A stretch of 62,831 nt of DNA, counting the filler, from Vannella sp. (taxonomy: Eukaryota), in assembly GCA_023345925.1 (NCBI GenBank). It is 6 parts of 6 records of this genome, joined end to end, with 100 filler letters (N's around TTAATTAATTAA, not from the genome) between each part and the next. Parts side by side here need not be neighbours in the genome. Positions count along the whole stretch, not along the records: positions 1 to 23,758 come from JAJQQN010000850.1; 5 more parts are not named here. The stretch is one strand, 5' to 3'. Below the pieces are notes generated by a model. The model was not told the DNA's origin and searched no databases. It saw only the letters and a program-made list of their open reading frames with translations. The position numbers were made by a program, and so were the translations under genes. Position 1 is the first letter of the stretch; each line of letters starts with the position of its first letter. This document shows positions 1 through 13,863 of this stretch, in pieces.

Positions 1-1
1 A

Positions 2-2035
2 AACCGTCTGCCTTTGTTCCAGTTGCTGGCTTCTGTGTATCAGAAAATCGGTGCTATTTTATTGCAGTCGGAAGAGGTAATGGCGAGTGCTTTGAAGGAC
101 TCAAAAGGGAAGACTCTGCTGCATATGGCGGCCTTTGCGGACAACTTGGAGTTGTGCCGCCAAGTGTGCAAGTGGTTTCCAGCACTCAGCATGGTACTAG
201 ATGATGCCAGACGCTCTGCATTGTTCTATGCAATTCGAAACCAGCACGCAGGAACCGTACATTCGGCAAACGAGCAGAGTTGCTTGGCCTACTTGGTGGA
301 GACTTGCCAGTTAGATTGTAAGAGAGTGGATCTTCAGGGCCGCAATATCCTCCACTATGCTTGCTATTATAATCACTTGGAACAAATCCAATACCTCTTA
401 TCTAGTCCCTCAGTTGGAGGAAAGTCACTGGACCAGCCGGACCATCTCGGCAACACGCCTCTTCATCTGGCTGCTTCCCGTGGCCATTCAGAGTGCGTAC
501 GAACTCTGATTTTGATGGGAGGTATTCGTATGAACGCTGTGGACTCGTTTAAACGCAGTGCCTTGCACCTTTGTATTCAAAATAAGCATAGCGAATGTGC
601 TCAAGTTCTCGTCCAATTAGGGGCTGATTGCACTGCAAAGGACCGAAAGAAACGCACTCCACTGCACTATGCATGTGCCTTAGACCTCCAGCAATCAGCT
701 GTGAGTGAATACTGTGCCCAAATCCTTCTCCAAGACAGTCAAAAGGATTGTGTGACCGCTTCAGACTGCCTAGGAATGTCGCCTCTTCTCATTGCATGCG
801 CTACTGGCAATACTAGAACACTACGAGAGCTTCTGCATCATCTACTTCGAAGAGCAAGCGCTGGTTCCGCGCAAGATGGAACCCTCTCTTGGCCTGGCTC
901 CTTTGTGGATCGCCGTGGCTGGTCCCCAATGCACTATGCTGCTTTCCATGGCCATGGAGAAGTTCTTCGAGCCTTACTTGATTACTTCCGTAGTGTGCCT
1001 CCTCTAATGTCCTCCTCAAAGCAATCCAATTTGCCAATGATAGAGTGGGCCGATCGAAACGGCATGACAGCACTACACTTTGCATGTGCCTATCATTCTT
1101 CTTCATTGGGAGTCAAAATCCTTTTAGAACGCAACGCACTTTTGGACGTCAAAGACCGCTTTGGGCGAATGCCCCTCCATGTGGCGGTGGGCAGTGGGAA
1201 TGTGGCGACTGTCCAGATTCTCTTAACCCACGCAAGTCAGCCAAGCCAAATTCTTCACGCTGCTGATCAGCAAGGCCGGCTTCCCGCTGACTACGTCACA
1301 CTCGCTGATTGCTCTAATTTGGAGAAGCGCCAGTTGGAAGATTGGATCCAGAAAGCAATGCAAACCCATCCGCAAAGGAACCCAACGCAAGCACGGGTTT
1401 CATTTGTCCCTTTGCCAGAGCTGCCGGAGTGCATGAGACCCCAAACTATTTCCCTCTCTGGAGCCAAGTCTGACTACCCTATTCAGTTAACTCCCCGAAA
1501 ATTGCGCAAAAAGAGTGAAAGCAACATTACTGTTCGTGCTGCGACCCCCCATTCTCTTCCCGTAGAGGCCAGACCTTCTGCATTCTCGACTCCTTACACC
1601 TCAAGAGCGTCTCCTATTCCCCTCAATGACAACAAACCATCCACAGTACCACGACGAGCGCAAACGCCATCGCGCCAAATGCCTGGGACTCGATGCAATC
1701 AACCGCCCTCCCCACAAAGAGCTGTTCAGCTCGCACATTCCCTTGGTACCAGAGAGAGCTCTTTGCAGCGGGTAGGAACGCCTGCTCGGCCATCTAACCC
1801 TCGGTCTACTCCAAGAGAGAAGGAGAATATGCCACAACCTACAACACCGAGGAAAAGGACAGCTCCGGCAAACAACCAAATCGAAACGCCCAAACGCACA
1901 ACAAAAGTGCCAATCGGACGAACCAAGTATCAATACTCCACCACCACAAGTGTGTTTGAGCGCTTGAATGCCCACGCAGTTGCTCGGAATGAAGTTCGCA
2001 AAGCATTTGAATCCCGAAAGAACGAAGTAGCTTAG
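2..2035 (+). CDS. Ankyrin-repeat protein with Pro/Ser/Arg-rich disordered C-terminus, probably 5'-truncated by the window edge
   Basis: About 11 ankyrin repeats (GNTPLHLAASRGH, GWSPMHYAAFHGH, GRMPLHVAVGSGN). The frame is open back to base 2. Confidence 0.9.
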   Translation, partial: NRLPLFQLLASVYQKIGAILLQSEEVMASALKDSKGKTLLHMAAFADNLELCRQVCKWFPALSMVLDDARRSALFYAIRNQHAGTVHSANEQSCLAYLVETCQLDCKRVDLQGRNILHYACYYNHLEQIQYLLSSPSVGGKSLDQPDHLGNTPLHLAASRGHSECVRTLILMGGIRMNAVDSFKRSALHLCIQNKHSECAQVLVQLGADCTAKDRKKRTPLHYACALDLQQSAVSEYCAQILLQDSQKDCVTASDCLGMSPLLIACATGNTRTLRELLHHLLRRASAGSAQDGTLSWPGSFVDRRGWSPMHYAAFHGHGEVLRALLDYFRSVPPLMSSSKQSNLPMIEWADRNGMTALHFACAYHSSSLGVKILLERNALLDVKDRFGRMPLHVAVGSGNVATVQILLTHASQPSQILHAADQQGRLPADYVTLADCSNLEKRQLEDWIQKAMQTHPQRNPTQARVSFVPLPELPECMRPQTISLSGAKSDYPIQLTPRKLRKKSESNITVRAATPHSLPVEARPSAFSTPYTSRASPIPLNDNKPSTVPRRAQTPSRQMPGTRCNQPPSPQRAVQLAHSLGTRESSLQRVGTPARPSNPRSTPREKENMPQPTTPRKRTAPANNQIETPKRTTKVPIGRTKYQYSTTTSVFERLNAHAVARNEVRKAFESRKNEVA

Positions 2036-2085
2036 TTCTCGAGTATGATAAATCCCTTTTTGAATGTGCTGTTAGTCGCCACAAG

Positions 2086-3977
2086 TTACTCCTTCTGTGT
2101 CTGAGAAACAGGAGGTGTCTGGGTGAGCTTCATGCGGTTCTCTTGCATCTGAGCTTCCTTCTTCTCGTTAATCTTGCCCATGAGCTTCTTCAGTGTCTCC
2201 ATCTGGAAGTTCCATTTGATCCAGAGTGTCCCATCAGCCTCCACGTTGTACTGGTTATCAATACCCAACTGATAGTCCTTCAGTTAGCTCCCTAGGGCAA
2301 GCTATGAGCTTTGACTTACAGAAAGGCCAGACAAATCGAACTTGCGGAGTTCGCCAGCGACTTTCTCAAGGTTCTTGATGGCAGTTACAACCTTTCGGTG
2401 GCCGTCTTTGTCTCCCATTAGCCTTCAGGCGCGACATGACATGAAAGGACTTGCCTGGATCAGATTGAATAAGGAACTGAATGTTGATGCTTTCTAACCC
2501 CATTCGGGCCATAATGAAGCGCATGGTATTCATCAACGCATCCAACTCTTGTATTCTGGCAGATACCAGAGGTCCAAATTGGTGGATGAGATCCAACATC
2601 CGAGCAGGGCTGACAGTGGGAGAGATAATCAAAGAGGGAGTGGCACTGAGAAAGTACTCCTTTTCTATTTCAAGTGTCAGAAAACAAGCGCGAGGATTTA
2701 CCTTCCTCACCATGAAGCGTCCGAATCTCGATAGGGACCTGGCGCATCTTCCCTTTGGGCCATGGTCGGGACAGATTGCGGTGTTCCTCTCGCAGTTCAT
2801 TTGCTAACTTGCGGTAGAGGATAGTCTCCTGCTCTCTGTTATAGCGGAGAATCTCTGAGCCATTTTCATCCATCTGATAGTCATCCGCGTAGAAAGAGGA
2901 TTCCTCCGACATCTGAATGGACTTGACACCAATTTGCTTTGAGAACTTGTCCATAATCCCCTGAGACTGCTGAAACTCTTTCTCCACCTCTTTCTCAGCT
3001 GCCCCCCGATTCTCGATTCCAGCACGCAGCTCGTCAAGCTTTAGCGCACGCAAGGGACGGAGATACTCCAAGGCCGACCCATCTCGATCTAAAAAGATTT
3101 TTCCCTGCTCATAGTCCACTGCATAGTCCGCTGAAGCCGAATCCAAGCCGACAACCGCACCAGAAAGTGCGGTAATCACATGAGGATCAGTCTCCTTCAG
3201 TGATTCCAGAGCCCGGTACACCTGGCGGAGCGCGACGAGGTTTTGGAAGTTAAAGTAGTTGTAGAAGACGCTATCGGTGATGATGGAGACGTTAAAGTGA
3301 TGCTTGAAGCGAAAGATGATCTCTCTGACTTCATTGGAAGCTTCTTCTTCACGTTTAACGTTCTCCCGGGCAGTTTCTTTGTGTTTGACGAGGAATTCAT
3401 CCATAAAGTTGAACTCCGCGAGCTCATTGGACTTGCCACCGACCGTGAATAGGGTCGGAAGACCTACTTGAGCGAACAGCTTGGCGTATTGGTTCTGAAC
3501 TTCGGTGAAGGAGCCATTGTTGATCAGGGTCATGGAGTGGGCGACGAATCCCGACTCGCTTTCGCTGTTTGGAGGTGAATCTAAGGTAGAAGGAGTCTCT
3601 TTGGGCAACTTTTCAGTGGATCCAGGAGTGGGAACTGCTGTTGGACGCTTCTTTAGGAAGAACTGGATCTTCTTCTGGGTCTTGGGGACGAAGGTAGACT
3701 GCGCTGTGTTCTTAACCCACTCCTCTGTGAAGGAAGTAAGTTCCTTTAGAGCATTCTGGTTAGCAGCTCGCTCTTTGGGGTAGCTAGCGAAGAGATCGGG
3801 ATGCACTTTGAGGTAAAACTTCCTCAATAGCTTCCGCAAGTCCGGCAGCGCTTTCTCCTCCTCCGCAGACGTTACTGTTGACATTGCCCTCGTCCTCTCT
3901 CGAACAACCCACAGCGAGCGACTGTCCCTACATGCTCCACCAGCCAATCGACCAAAAACACCCGTCAATGACGCCAT
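2086..3977 (-). CDS. TCAIM: TCAIM-like mitochondrial protein (DUF4460/DUF4461 type), 3 introns
   Basis: LRKFYLKVHPDLF...ERAANQNALKEL N-terminal motif and DGTLWIKWNF C-terminus. Arg-rich presequence from ATG 3977. Introns at 2665-2701, 2406-2454 (GC-AG) and ~2269-2319 join three ORF pieces in frame. Confidence 0.75.
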
Positions 3978-4061
3978 GCCAGCAAACAAAGGATGATTTA
4001 ATTCAATCTGAAGATATTCAATTGAAAGTGCTCGAAAAAACTGACCACTTGCCAAAAGTGG

Positions 4062-4111
4062 TAGGGTTTAAGACTGAAGGTTCGTTGAGGGTTTAGTTAG
4101 GGTTAGGGTTT
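4062..4111. promoter_or_regulatory. Interstitial telomere-like (telo-box) motifs in a divergent promoter
   Basis: TAGGGTTTA at 4062-4070 and AGGGTTTAGTTAGGGTTAGGGTTT at 4088-4111, between ATG 3977(-) and ATG 4140(+). Confidence 0.55.
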
Positions 4112-4139
4112 GTGTGTTTTTTTTCTGGGCTTGGGACAC

Positions 4140-4665
4140 ATGGAAGCCTTCCTTTACCCCACAGCTGTTCATCTGATCTTTGGAGACTTTCTTTACCAAG
4201 GGAGCTACATAGTAAGCAAGAGTTTGGACTGGATGAGGAGGCTGAAGATCTCTGCTGTGGTGAACGCCTCCGTGGAGGTCGAATGTTTGTTTGAAGACGA
4301 GCTGGAGTACTTTCGTATTCCTGTGGATGATCACCCTGATGATGCAGAGTCGCTCTTTACTCATCTGGAGGCTGCGACAGCGTTCATTGGTGAGTGGTTC
4401 ACACAAACACTGCATTCCTGACCTCCCCAATTCAGCTCTCAAGAAGGGAGAAGGCAAGCGATGCTTAGTGCATTGCATGGGTGGGATCTCTCGCTCTTCC
4501 ACCGTTACTTTAGCGTATCTCATCAAATACGAGGGCTTCAGTTTGGATGAAGCGTTTAACATCCTGAAGAGCGCACGTGAGTGTGCTGATCCCAACTCTG
4601 GCTTTTGGGGCATTCTCCAAGTTTGGGAGCGACAAGTGAGAGCTTCACCGAATCTGGCTCACTGA
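4140..4665 (+). CDS. Small dual-specificity protein phosphatase, 1 intron (4390-4435)
   Basis: LYQGS, IPVDD general-acid loop, HCMGGISRS catalytic motif, AYL and PNSGF motifs. A GT-AG intron joins two ORFs. Confidence 0.92.
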
Positions 4666-4968
4666 GAGATGAGGATGACTTTGCTCTTCCCATCCATAAA
4701 CTTTGGATTACAGTGATGCGTACATTTGGATCCAAAGAAGGCATCATGGGGCCTGACAACGTTACATGAAGGGGCCCCGCGGCATCGCATTTCCAAAACG
4801 CAGATTTCAAGATCCTCAGAAGACGTGACCCAACAACGATCCCGTTGTGAGAGCGCTCTTCTTTCTCGTCCTCGGCAATCAAGTACTCTGTTTCACCCAG
4901 ATCAAAAAATCATCCAGAAGCTCCAATTTCCACAAAAGGCCAAACGAGATTAATTTCTTCCGGACCTG

Positions 4969-6498
4969 ATGGAGTTGCTGTCCCTCTGTTTCGGTGTGTT
5001 CCTCTTTCTTGTGGTTCCTACCCAAGGAGATTGCGTGGTTCAGGTGCTGCTTGCAGAGGTTGGAGAATGGGAGAAGATTATGCCTGAAAGAGGACCCCCA
5101 AACTACGAAGTGAGAGTGAGCGTGACCGTTGCTTATGAGGGAGACACAATGGCTTTCATTCAAGGTAGATTGTCAAGCCCAGAAGATCTGCTCCCTATAA
5201 TCGGCCTCTCTGTTCCCACTGGTTTGTCTCCTTATCTTCGACTCATCCCAAAGGAGTCTTCCTGCTGCACGCAATGCGTTGTTACCCCTCCAGCATCCCA
5301 ATGCTCTCTATCTCTGGTTATGCAAGCCATTGTAGAGCTCCTACCATCGGATAACAAACTCTCTCTTCTACCAAGTGGTGAAGACGTCGTCACAGTTGAC
5401 TTGGAAGTCCAAACTCTGGATACCTCTTGCTCCAACTCTATGGAGCAAGAGAAGGTGGCTCTTCCTCTCTATCCGTTACATTATCTCATAGGAGGATGCT
5501 TTGGTGAGCCCTCTGAAGAACCGTATCTCGTGCTTCCCCAACACAACTGGGAGAACAACCCCGACTGCTTGTCTTGGATGGAGAATCCCTTCTTGATTTC
5601 CCCGTGGCTGCCTCCAACGCCCTCCTTCTCTCCTTCAAGTGAGTTCATATGGGAAACTGTCGAGTATGCTCCCGGAAAGTACCGCTCCCAGACAGTCCTG
5701 ACCGCTCTAATCCGCAACGGATCTCCTTTGGCCTCGTTTGAGGGGGACGAGGTCCGAGTGGGGGTGGCTTGTGGACGCCCTATGAGTGCCATTGCGGTTA
5801 AGAAGGTACCGGTGGAAGTTGAGGCTATCAGTGCCTCCTGGATGCCAGAGAAAGTCCACCAAACAGTCCCTCAAGGTGGTGTTTTTGGAGTTCGCTTGCT
5901 GTTTGTTGTCTACCTGCAGCTGGCGGGATCCAACTCATCCTCAGGATCTTCTACACTTGATTGCTCCTTGGAGGTTGCCATAGAGCATCGCTGTTGGTCT
6001 GATCTTGGCAAACGCTTCTCTCAACCTTTCCTCCTGTCGCTAGAGGGCTCCTGTGCTTCAGAGAACAATCAAGTGACAAACAGCAACCATGACACCCCTC
6101 TTAGTATCTCTCAAGGTCCTCCTAAGCACTCAACAGGGTGGTACATCCTCATTTCGTTCGTTTCAGGGGTCATCCTCGTCACCTTCTTGCTGTTCGCCTT
6201 CTCCCTCCTACTCATAGCCGTTGCATACCAAAGACGCAGTAGATGGATAGTGGATCAGCCCTGGGAGCAGTTCACCGACGACACCGACATTGCAGAAGAG
6301 CTTCTCGTCATGGCAGGCGGAGCTCCTGGCCACCTTCTCGACGTAGAACCATGCGCCTTCTGCCCTCAAGCAGCGCACTTCCTTTGTCATGAGTGTGACG
6401 CCCCTTTCTGTCGCCAAGGTGGACGTTGCGACCTACTTGCCCACAGCGCCCTCCCTTTCGCACATCTGTCACGCCACAGCTTGGTTCCCATAAGATAG
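4969..6498 (+). CDS. Type I membrane protein: signal peptide, Cys-containing ectodomain, TM helix, cytoplasmic B-box-like zinc finger
   Basis: Hydrophobic N-terminus, TM segment WYILISFVSGVILVTFLLFAFSLLLIAVAY followed by QRR, and C-terminal CAFC..CHECDAPFC..CDLLAH..H. Confidence 0.75.
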   Translation: MELLSLCFGVFLFLVVPTQGDCVVQVLLAEVGEWEKIMPERGPPNYEVRVSVTVAYEGDTMAFIQGRLSSPEDLLPIIGLSVPTGLSPYLRLIPKESSCCTQCVVTPPASQCSLSLVMQAIVELLPSDNKLSLLPSGEDVVTVDLEVQTLDTSCSNSMEQEKVALPLYPLHYLIGGCFGEPSEEPYLVLPQHNWENNPDCLSWMENPFLISPWLPPTPSFSPSSEFIWETVEYAPGKYRSQTVLTALIRNGSPLASFEGDEVRVGVACGRPMSAIAVKKVPVEVEAISASWMPEKVHQTVPQGGVFGVRLLFVVYLQLAGSNSSSGSSTLDCSLEVAIEHRCWSDLGKRFSQPFLLSLEGSCASENNQVTNSNHDTPLSISQGPPKHSTGWYILISFVSGVILVTFLLFAFSLLLIAVAYQRRSRWIVDQPWEQFTDDTDIAEELLVMAGGAPGHLLDVEPCAFCPQAAHFLCHECDAPFCRQGGRCDLLAHSALPFAHLSRHSLVPIR

Positions 6499-6546
6499 CC
6501 TCGTACACTGTATCAAGAAGAGCCTTGGAGTTGTTCACGGGGGCGT

Positions 6547-6846
6547 TTAGAGCAGGAACGCCAACACGGACACAAGGAAGGGGGCGACGAGAGAGGCGGA
6601 GGACTTGTTCCCACCCAAGGCACCGATGGAGCTGTACTGTGATGTGAAACTGGGAATGGAGAGAGGAGAGAAGATGACAGGGGAGAGTGGAGTGTCTGCG
6701 GGGGAGATGGGAGATGCCTTTGCTGGAGACACTGGGGAAGCCTTTGAGGAGAATGGAGAGAGGTTGGCTGGAGACACTGGCGATACGGGACTCTGCCCCT
6801 GGACAAGGAGCAAGAAGAAGGCCAAGAGGATGACCGCCTGCTTCAT
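6547..6846 (-). CDS. Small secreted Ser/Pro-rich protein with putative GPI signal (short paralog of the next gene)
   Basis: 99 aa. Signal peptide ending VQG-Q, SPVSP repeats, hydrophobic C-terminus ending at the stop codon. Confidence 0.8.
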   Translation of the reverse strand: MKQAVILLAFFLLLVQGQSPVSPVSPANLSPFSSKASPVSPAKASPISPADTPLSPVIFSPLSIPSFTSQYSSIGALGGNKSSASLVAPFLVSVLAFLL

Positions 6847-6896
6847 GGGGGAGTGGAAGGGACGAAATGGAATCTATTACAACGAAGAGCTCTGCT

Positions 6897-8790
<1,894 letters not shown>

Positions 8791-9310
8791 TGACAGGTGA
8801 CGTGCCCAATGCCCTTTCCAAATAACTGGTGAGTGGCAATACCTGCATAATGTTCAAAGGGTCAAGTTAGTGCACCCACAAGCAGTAACTTGATACGAGG
8901 AACCTGTAGCAATCAGGGAGGATTACCCCGCGGGTTAAGTCTCCTGTGTTGTGAACAGTGAATCAGTGTCCAGTGACAGGTGAGGTCTCTCCCTTAAGAA
9001 GAATATGAGCGGAGCTTCAGTAACGGGTTCCATTCCTTCCCAAAGTAGCTTGGAGGAGGAGTTAGGGGGAGGGGGAACAAGGATTCGCGACAATCTTCCA
9101 TCGATACAGAGTGTCATCAGACTACAAAGTGCTTTTCAGGTCAGCGGATCCAAGAGAGAGGCCAAGGGGAAAGGAAAAATGAAACCTGGCAAACTCGGAG
9201 TTATGCAATACAGCTTTTTGATTGGTCCAGAAGTTGTGCGAGGGATGGGCGTTCAATCAATGCAAGAGAAATGGATATGATTTATCATGGTAAAAAGAAT
9301 GAAAGGGACG

Positions 9311-11064
9311 TTAAAACTCTGGTTGAGCGCTTTTCTTGAGGCGTTCTCCGAGAAAGTTGAAGACAGCTTGAGATCCTCCGTCTGTGACCTTGGCAGGAAG
9401 TGCTCCGAGTGGGTTTTCGTCCATTCCAAAGAGTCGGAGTTGGTCAAGTTGATACAACTCATTGGGGAGGTCGTTGATCTCGTTCTCATTGAAAGAGAGG
9501 ACTTCAAGTCGAGAGCACAGGCCAATCTCAGAAGGAAGTCCTTCCAGTCGGTTCTCGTCCAGGTTCAGCTCTTTCAGACCAGTGAGGAGACCAATTTGAG
9601 ATGTCAGTCGCATGAGATTGTTGAATCCCAGCGTCAGTGTTTGCAGTGTGGAGATCTGACCGATCTCATCAGGCAACTCGATGATCTGGTTTCCCTCAAG
9701 GTTGAGGATGCGGAGGTGTCCAAGGTCTCCAATCTCTTGAGGCAACTCCTCTAAGAGGTTATCATTCATATCCAAATGCATGAGGTTTGCGAGCTTGCCA
9801 ATCGCTGCAGGGAGCTTGTCGATCTGATTAGAGCCTGCAAACAAGTCTTGAAGGGCCACTAGATTGACAATAGAGTCTGGAAGGACTTTCAGGTTATTGC
9901 TACTGATATTGAGAACCTCAACCTTAGCCAGGGGACACAGAGCGTCGATGTTGCTGAGTTGGTTCTGCTCAAGGAACAGCTCTTCCACCATCTTGAGCTC
10001 GCCAAACTGGACAGGGAGAGACTCCAGCCTATTTCGACTGAGGAATAGTGTCGTGAGCTTCGTGAGAGTGCCGATCTCAGGGGGGATGGAGGTGAGACGG
10101 TTAGCCTCCATGTCGAGCTCCTGAAGGTTCCCCATGCCTCGTAAGTGTGCTGCATTAAGCTCTGCAATCTTGTTGTAGCGCAAGTGAAGCCTCTTGAGCG
10201 AAACACACTCGCCGACATCCTCTGGAAGGGACTCTAAGTGATTGTACTGAGCGTCTAGCACCTCCAGCTTCGTCAGAGTACCCAAAGAGGGAAGCTGCTT
10301 CAAGCGATTGTTCTGCACGTCAAGCTCGACTAGATTGACCAAGGCGCTGACCGAAGGGAACTCGGTGAGCTTGTTGTTGCGAACAGAAAGCAAAGTCAAC
10401 GAGGTTAAGTTTGAGATGTTAGCTGGGAGGACTTTGAGCTTGTTCCATCGAAGGAACAGCTTCTGTAAAGCCTTGAGGTTGCCAATCTCGTCAGGAAGAG
10501 AAGCGAGACGGTTGTAGCGAAGGTCTGCCGATTGTGAGCAAGGAGATTCAAAAGGAGAGAGCGTAGCGTACCCAGAACCTCCAATTGAATGAGTTTACCA
10601 ATCGAGGGAGGGAGCTCTGTGACGCAGTTCTCGTTCAGCCCCAGATACTTCAATGAGATCATCTCGCCTATAAATGAAAGGTAAGACTCCCTGAATGTCA
10701 GCAAGAGGGGTGTGAGCTCCGTACCGATTTCAGAGGGTACGACACGCAGCTTGTTGGCGTAAAGGTTGAGCGTGCGTACTTTGCGCAGCATGCGCATGTA
10801 GAACTTCACCTTGTCAGAAAGCTCATTGATTTTGTGCCGGCTGAGGTCCAGGGTTTCGACGTCATCGATTTGCTTGCTTGACAACACACGGCGGATGAAC
10901 TGGTCGAGGCTTTCCTTGTTCGCTTTCTGGCTGAAGGCCGTTGGCGGTTTGGTATTCATGGAAGCCTTTCCAATACGATTGTTGTTCTTGCGCTCATTGT
11001 ATTGTTCCTTCTTAGCCTTCTGGGAGAAGCCCTTCTTGGCTTGAGCATCCGCCACCTCTGCCAT
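9311..11064 (-). CDS. Leucine-rich repeat protein (SHOC2/LRRC-like), 2 introns
   Basis: About 18-19 LxxLxLxxNxLxxLP repeats. Introns ~10668-10724 and ~10525-10571 give a continuous LRR register. Confidence 0.9.
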
Positions 11065-11267
11065 AAGTCAAAAGGAAAATGAACCAACTTTTTTCAAAGG
11101 GATTAATTTGCTAAATCGTCATCATATAACACAATGGGTCTCGTACTAGTCTAATTGATGGGTCTCAGACTGAAATAGCAGTAACCAATCAGCGTCCAGA
11201 AAGACGTCTTTGGTGGCTTTTGATTGGCTCCTAATCTGGGCTCTTTGTTTCAGTTATTTAATTGATG

Positions 11268-13645
11268 TTAGAACGCGGCTCCGGATGTGATGGAGAGTTT
11301 GCCGAGTGTGCTGGCCAATTCAATGATCTTTTCCTTGAAAGGGGGAGTGAGAGGCTAGTCTAGAGTCATATGTGCCGCGTACCTTCGTTCCTAACTCTTC
11401 AAGATGTTCGGACATCTTCTCCATGTTGTTATACATCAGCTGATAGAGGAACGGAAGATGCTGTGAGTTGGCTTTCTGCAGGAGAACTTCGTCATCGGGC
11501 TCAACGCTATTCTCAGGCACAGACTATTCCCAAGTCAGATACTGCTCACGACAAGGTGGCCAACGCACGCTCAGGAGGTCAAAGAACTCTTGAATCACAG
11601 GGATATGGTCGGTAAGGAAAGTGGCATTCATATGGCCCATATAATCCTCTCTAAATTGGACGCCATTGGCCAGGTTCTGGAGAACCTTACTCAATAGCAT
11701 CAGACACCTTCGGCCACCATCACTGACTTGATAATCTGAAAGGCTGTTAAGGGAGAATGCCATTGTGTGAAGAGAAAAACGTGCCTTTGGGCAGAATCCC
11801 GTTGTTTTCAGGGAACACAAGAGCTGGGCAAATGAATCGGAGAAACAAATAGGCTCCCGCAAAGGTTACTCCATGTCCAGGGAACTTTTTGTCCGTCTCC
11901 ACCCGCATAAAGGTGAGAATCTCTCGAAGTGGCCTGGGAGGGGTGAGTGATTGCTATTTGCATTGTCATTATCGATAAAAGAGGAGACTAACAGAGGTAG
12001 AATAGGGAGACAGTCAGACACTACTTGGAGATACTGCTTGGCCAAGTCGATGAGATTCTCGACGTTATCTTCCACGTTGTAGTCTGGCGAGATCTTCTGA
12101 GGGTCTACTTCATACTTGGCACTCTCAGTGACGGCCAGAGTGACAATGCCTTGGAGGCGCAAGAAAACAATGTCGCCACAAGACACTCGCATAAAAGCCA
12201 AAAGGAGCTTCGTTACAAAGAGATTGCCTCTCATTAGCGTTGTAGGAACATTGGTACGATGGACTTCATCGGCAATGAGTATACTAAGCCATTGCACTGA
12301 CAATTTGTAGGCAAAACAGCATCTCATTATCACTTCAAGGAGCTTTTGCTCGGCTGCTGCATCCTCTGGCAGACACAGAATAGCCTTATCCAGGGAGATA
12401 AACAGCTGCTCCTAGTAAGTAGCTACCCAAGAGAGGCCAAGAGAGATTACCTCCAAGAGTGGAACCCATTTGCGGTCTGATAAGCGCTGTCTGTCTCTTT
12501 CTTCTCGTTCTAACCTCAGTTTTGCGTTGAGGGTTTGAATCCTCTTGCTCTGATACCGGTCAGTATGTCCCTGGGCCCACTTACGAGAGAGGGTGAGAGA
12601 ACCTCACATTCTCGAATGACTCTTGGATGTGATATTGCTCTTCCAGCTCCTGGAACTTTGTATTTCCTCCATGATAGAACAGATACTGCGACTCAAACAT
12701 AGAGATCATCTGCTGCGCAGCTATCAAGTCCTTCTGGCACTACTTTTTGTGAGCAAACCTCCCTCCAGACGGCAGACTTCCTCACCAGACATTGCTCTGT
12801 TACTTGCGCCACCTTCCATAGTTGATTACGATACTTGGCGTATGCTTGGTGGTAGGCTAGATAGGCCTACTTGTGGATGAGAAGGAGGAATGCCGAGTTC
12901 GGAGGGGAATACCCGGTAGAGGTCCATGTGATCTATCTTCTCGTCCAGTGGCTTGGTCAAGTGGTCTTTCAAGAGGACAGAGGGGTCTTGAGAGAAGATG
13001 CTGCGCTCAAAATCGGCATCTGTGACGAACTGGGTGATGTCAGAGATGGTGGCGAGGAGATCTGTATGCAGTTTGCAGACCAGCTCTGCCTCTGCGCGAG
13101 TCTCCATCACTGTATCAAGGAATAACTCTGCGCTTGATGTATTCTCAGCCCAAGAGCGCCCTAAAGTGGCCTCTCTCAGCTCTTCTACTTCCATTTGGAC
13201 CGAGCAGTACCGTGTTATCAGCTCTCCTAGCTCAGGAGTGAGCAAAGGGTATACCAAGACATCTACACATACCAAGGGACTTAGAAGCTTCTGTTTTAGA
13301 GATGGGAGAGCTGAAGTTGGAGAGAGCAGAAGCCATCTGCCGACAGGTGCGCCCTTCTTCGTTCATAGCCTGAGTGTACTGTTGGTTAAGCTTGACCAGG
13401 TCCTCAAAAAGAGGTAGAAGTAGACGCAGGTTGTTTCGTTGTGCCTCAAAGTCCGCAGGAAGTGCAGCAATGTCCGAAGAGGCGCCCATCTTCCGCCACA
13501 ACATGCTCTTTGTGGATGCAAGGGACTTGTGTAGACGTTGCGTAGCTGTCATATCATTAGCACCAACACCTTGTAGTCCCACAGGGCTAGGCCGCTCCGG
13601 AGTGCCTTTCTTCTTCTGTCGAAGCTTCTTCAAACCGCCAATCAT
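11268..13645 (-). CDS. RasGAP with N-terminal BAR-like helical domain, about 9 introns
   Basis: Arginine-finger TLMRGN, spliced GAYLFLRFICPAL, and LSKVLQNLAN motifs. The N-terminus (LWRKMGASSD..LPADFEAQ plus three long helices) resembles an N-BAR domain. Confidence 0.85.
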
Positions 13646-13748
13646 CCCAGAAAGGCAGAAAATGAACCGTTTACCTTGCCCTGCTTAAGAAGCTTCCTCC
13701 CAAAAGAATGATCTCAGCACCACCATTCCTTGTGGCAAGCAGGAAAGA

Positions 13749-13774
13749 AGGGTTTAGGGTTTAGGGTTTAGGGT
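13749..13774. promoter_or_regulatory. (AGGGTTT)3-AGGGT telomere-like tract upstream of the RasGAP gene
   Basis: Perfect heptamer repeats about 105-130 bp upstream of ATG 13645(-). Confidence 0.6.
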
Positions 13775-13863
13775 AACGGGAAGTGCCTTGGAAGTGATTT
13801 ATTGGATCAAAGGCTTTGGCACAATTGGAGAGCTTCAAAGATAGCGGAAAGAACACCTCTTAC

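Noticed and set aside
11736..12912. Possible U12-type introns (CCTTAAC branch-like motif, GTATTC donor)
   Set aside because: No intron has the RTATCCTT donor. The two signals are in different introns.
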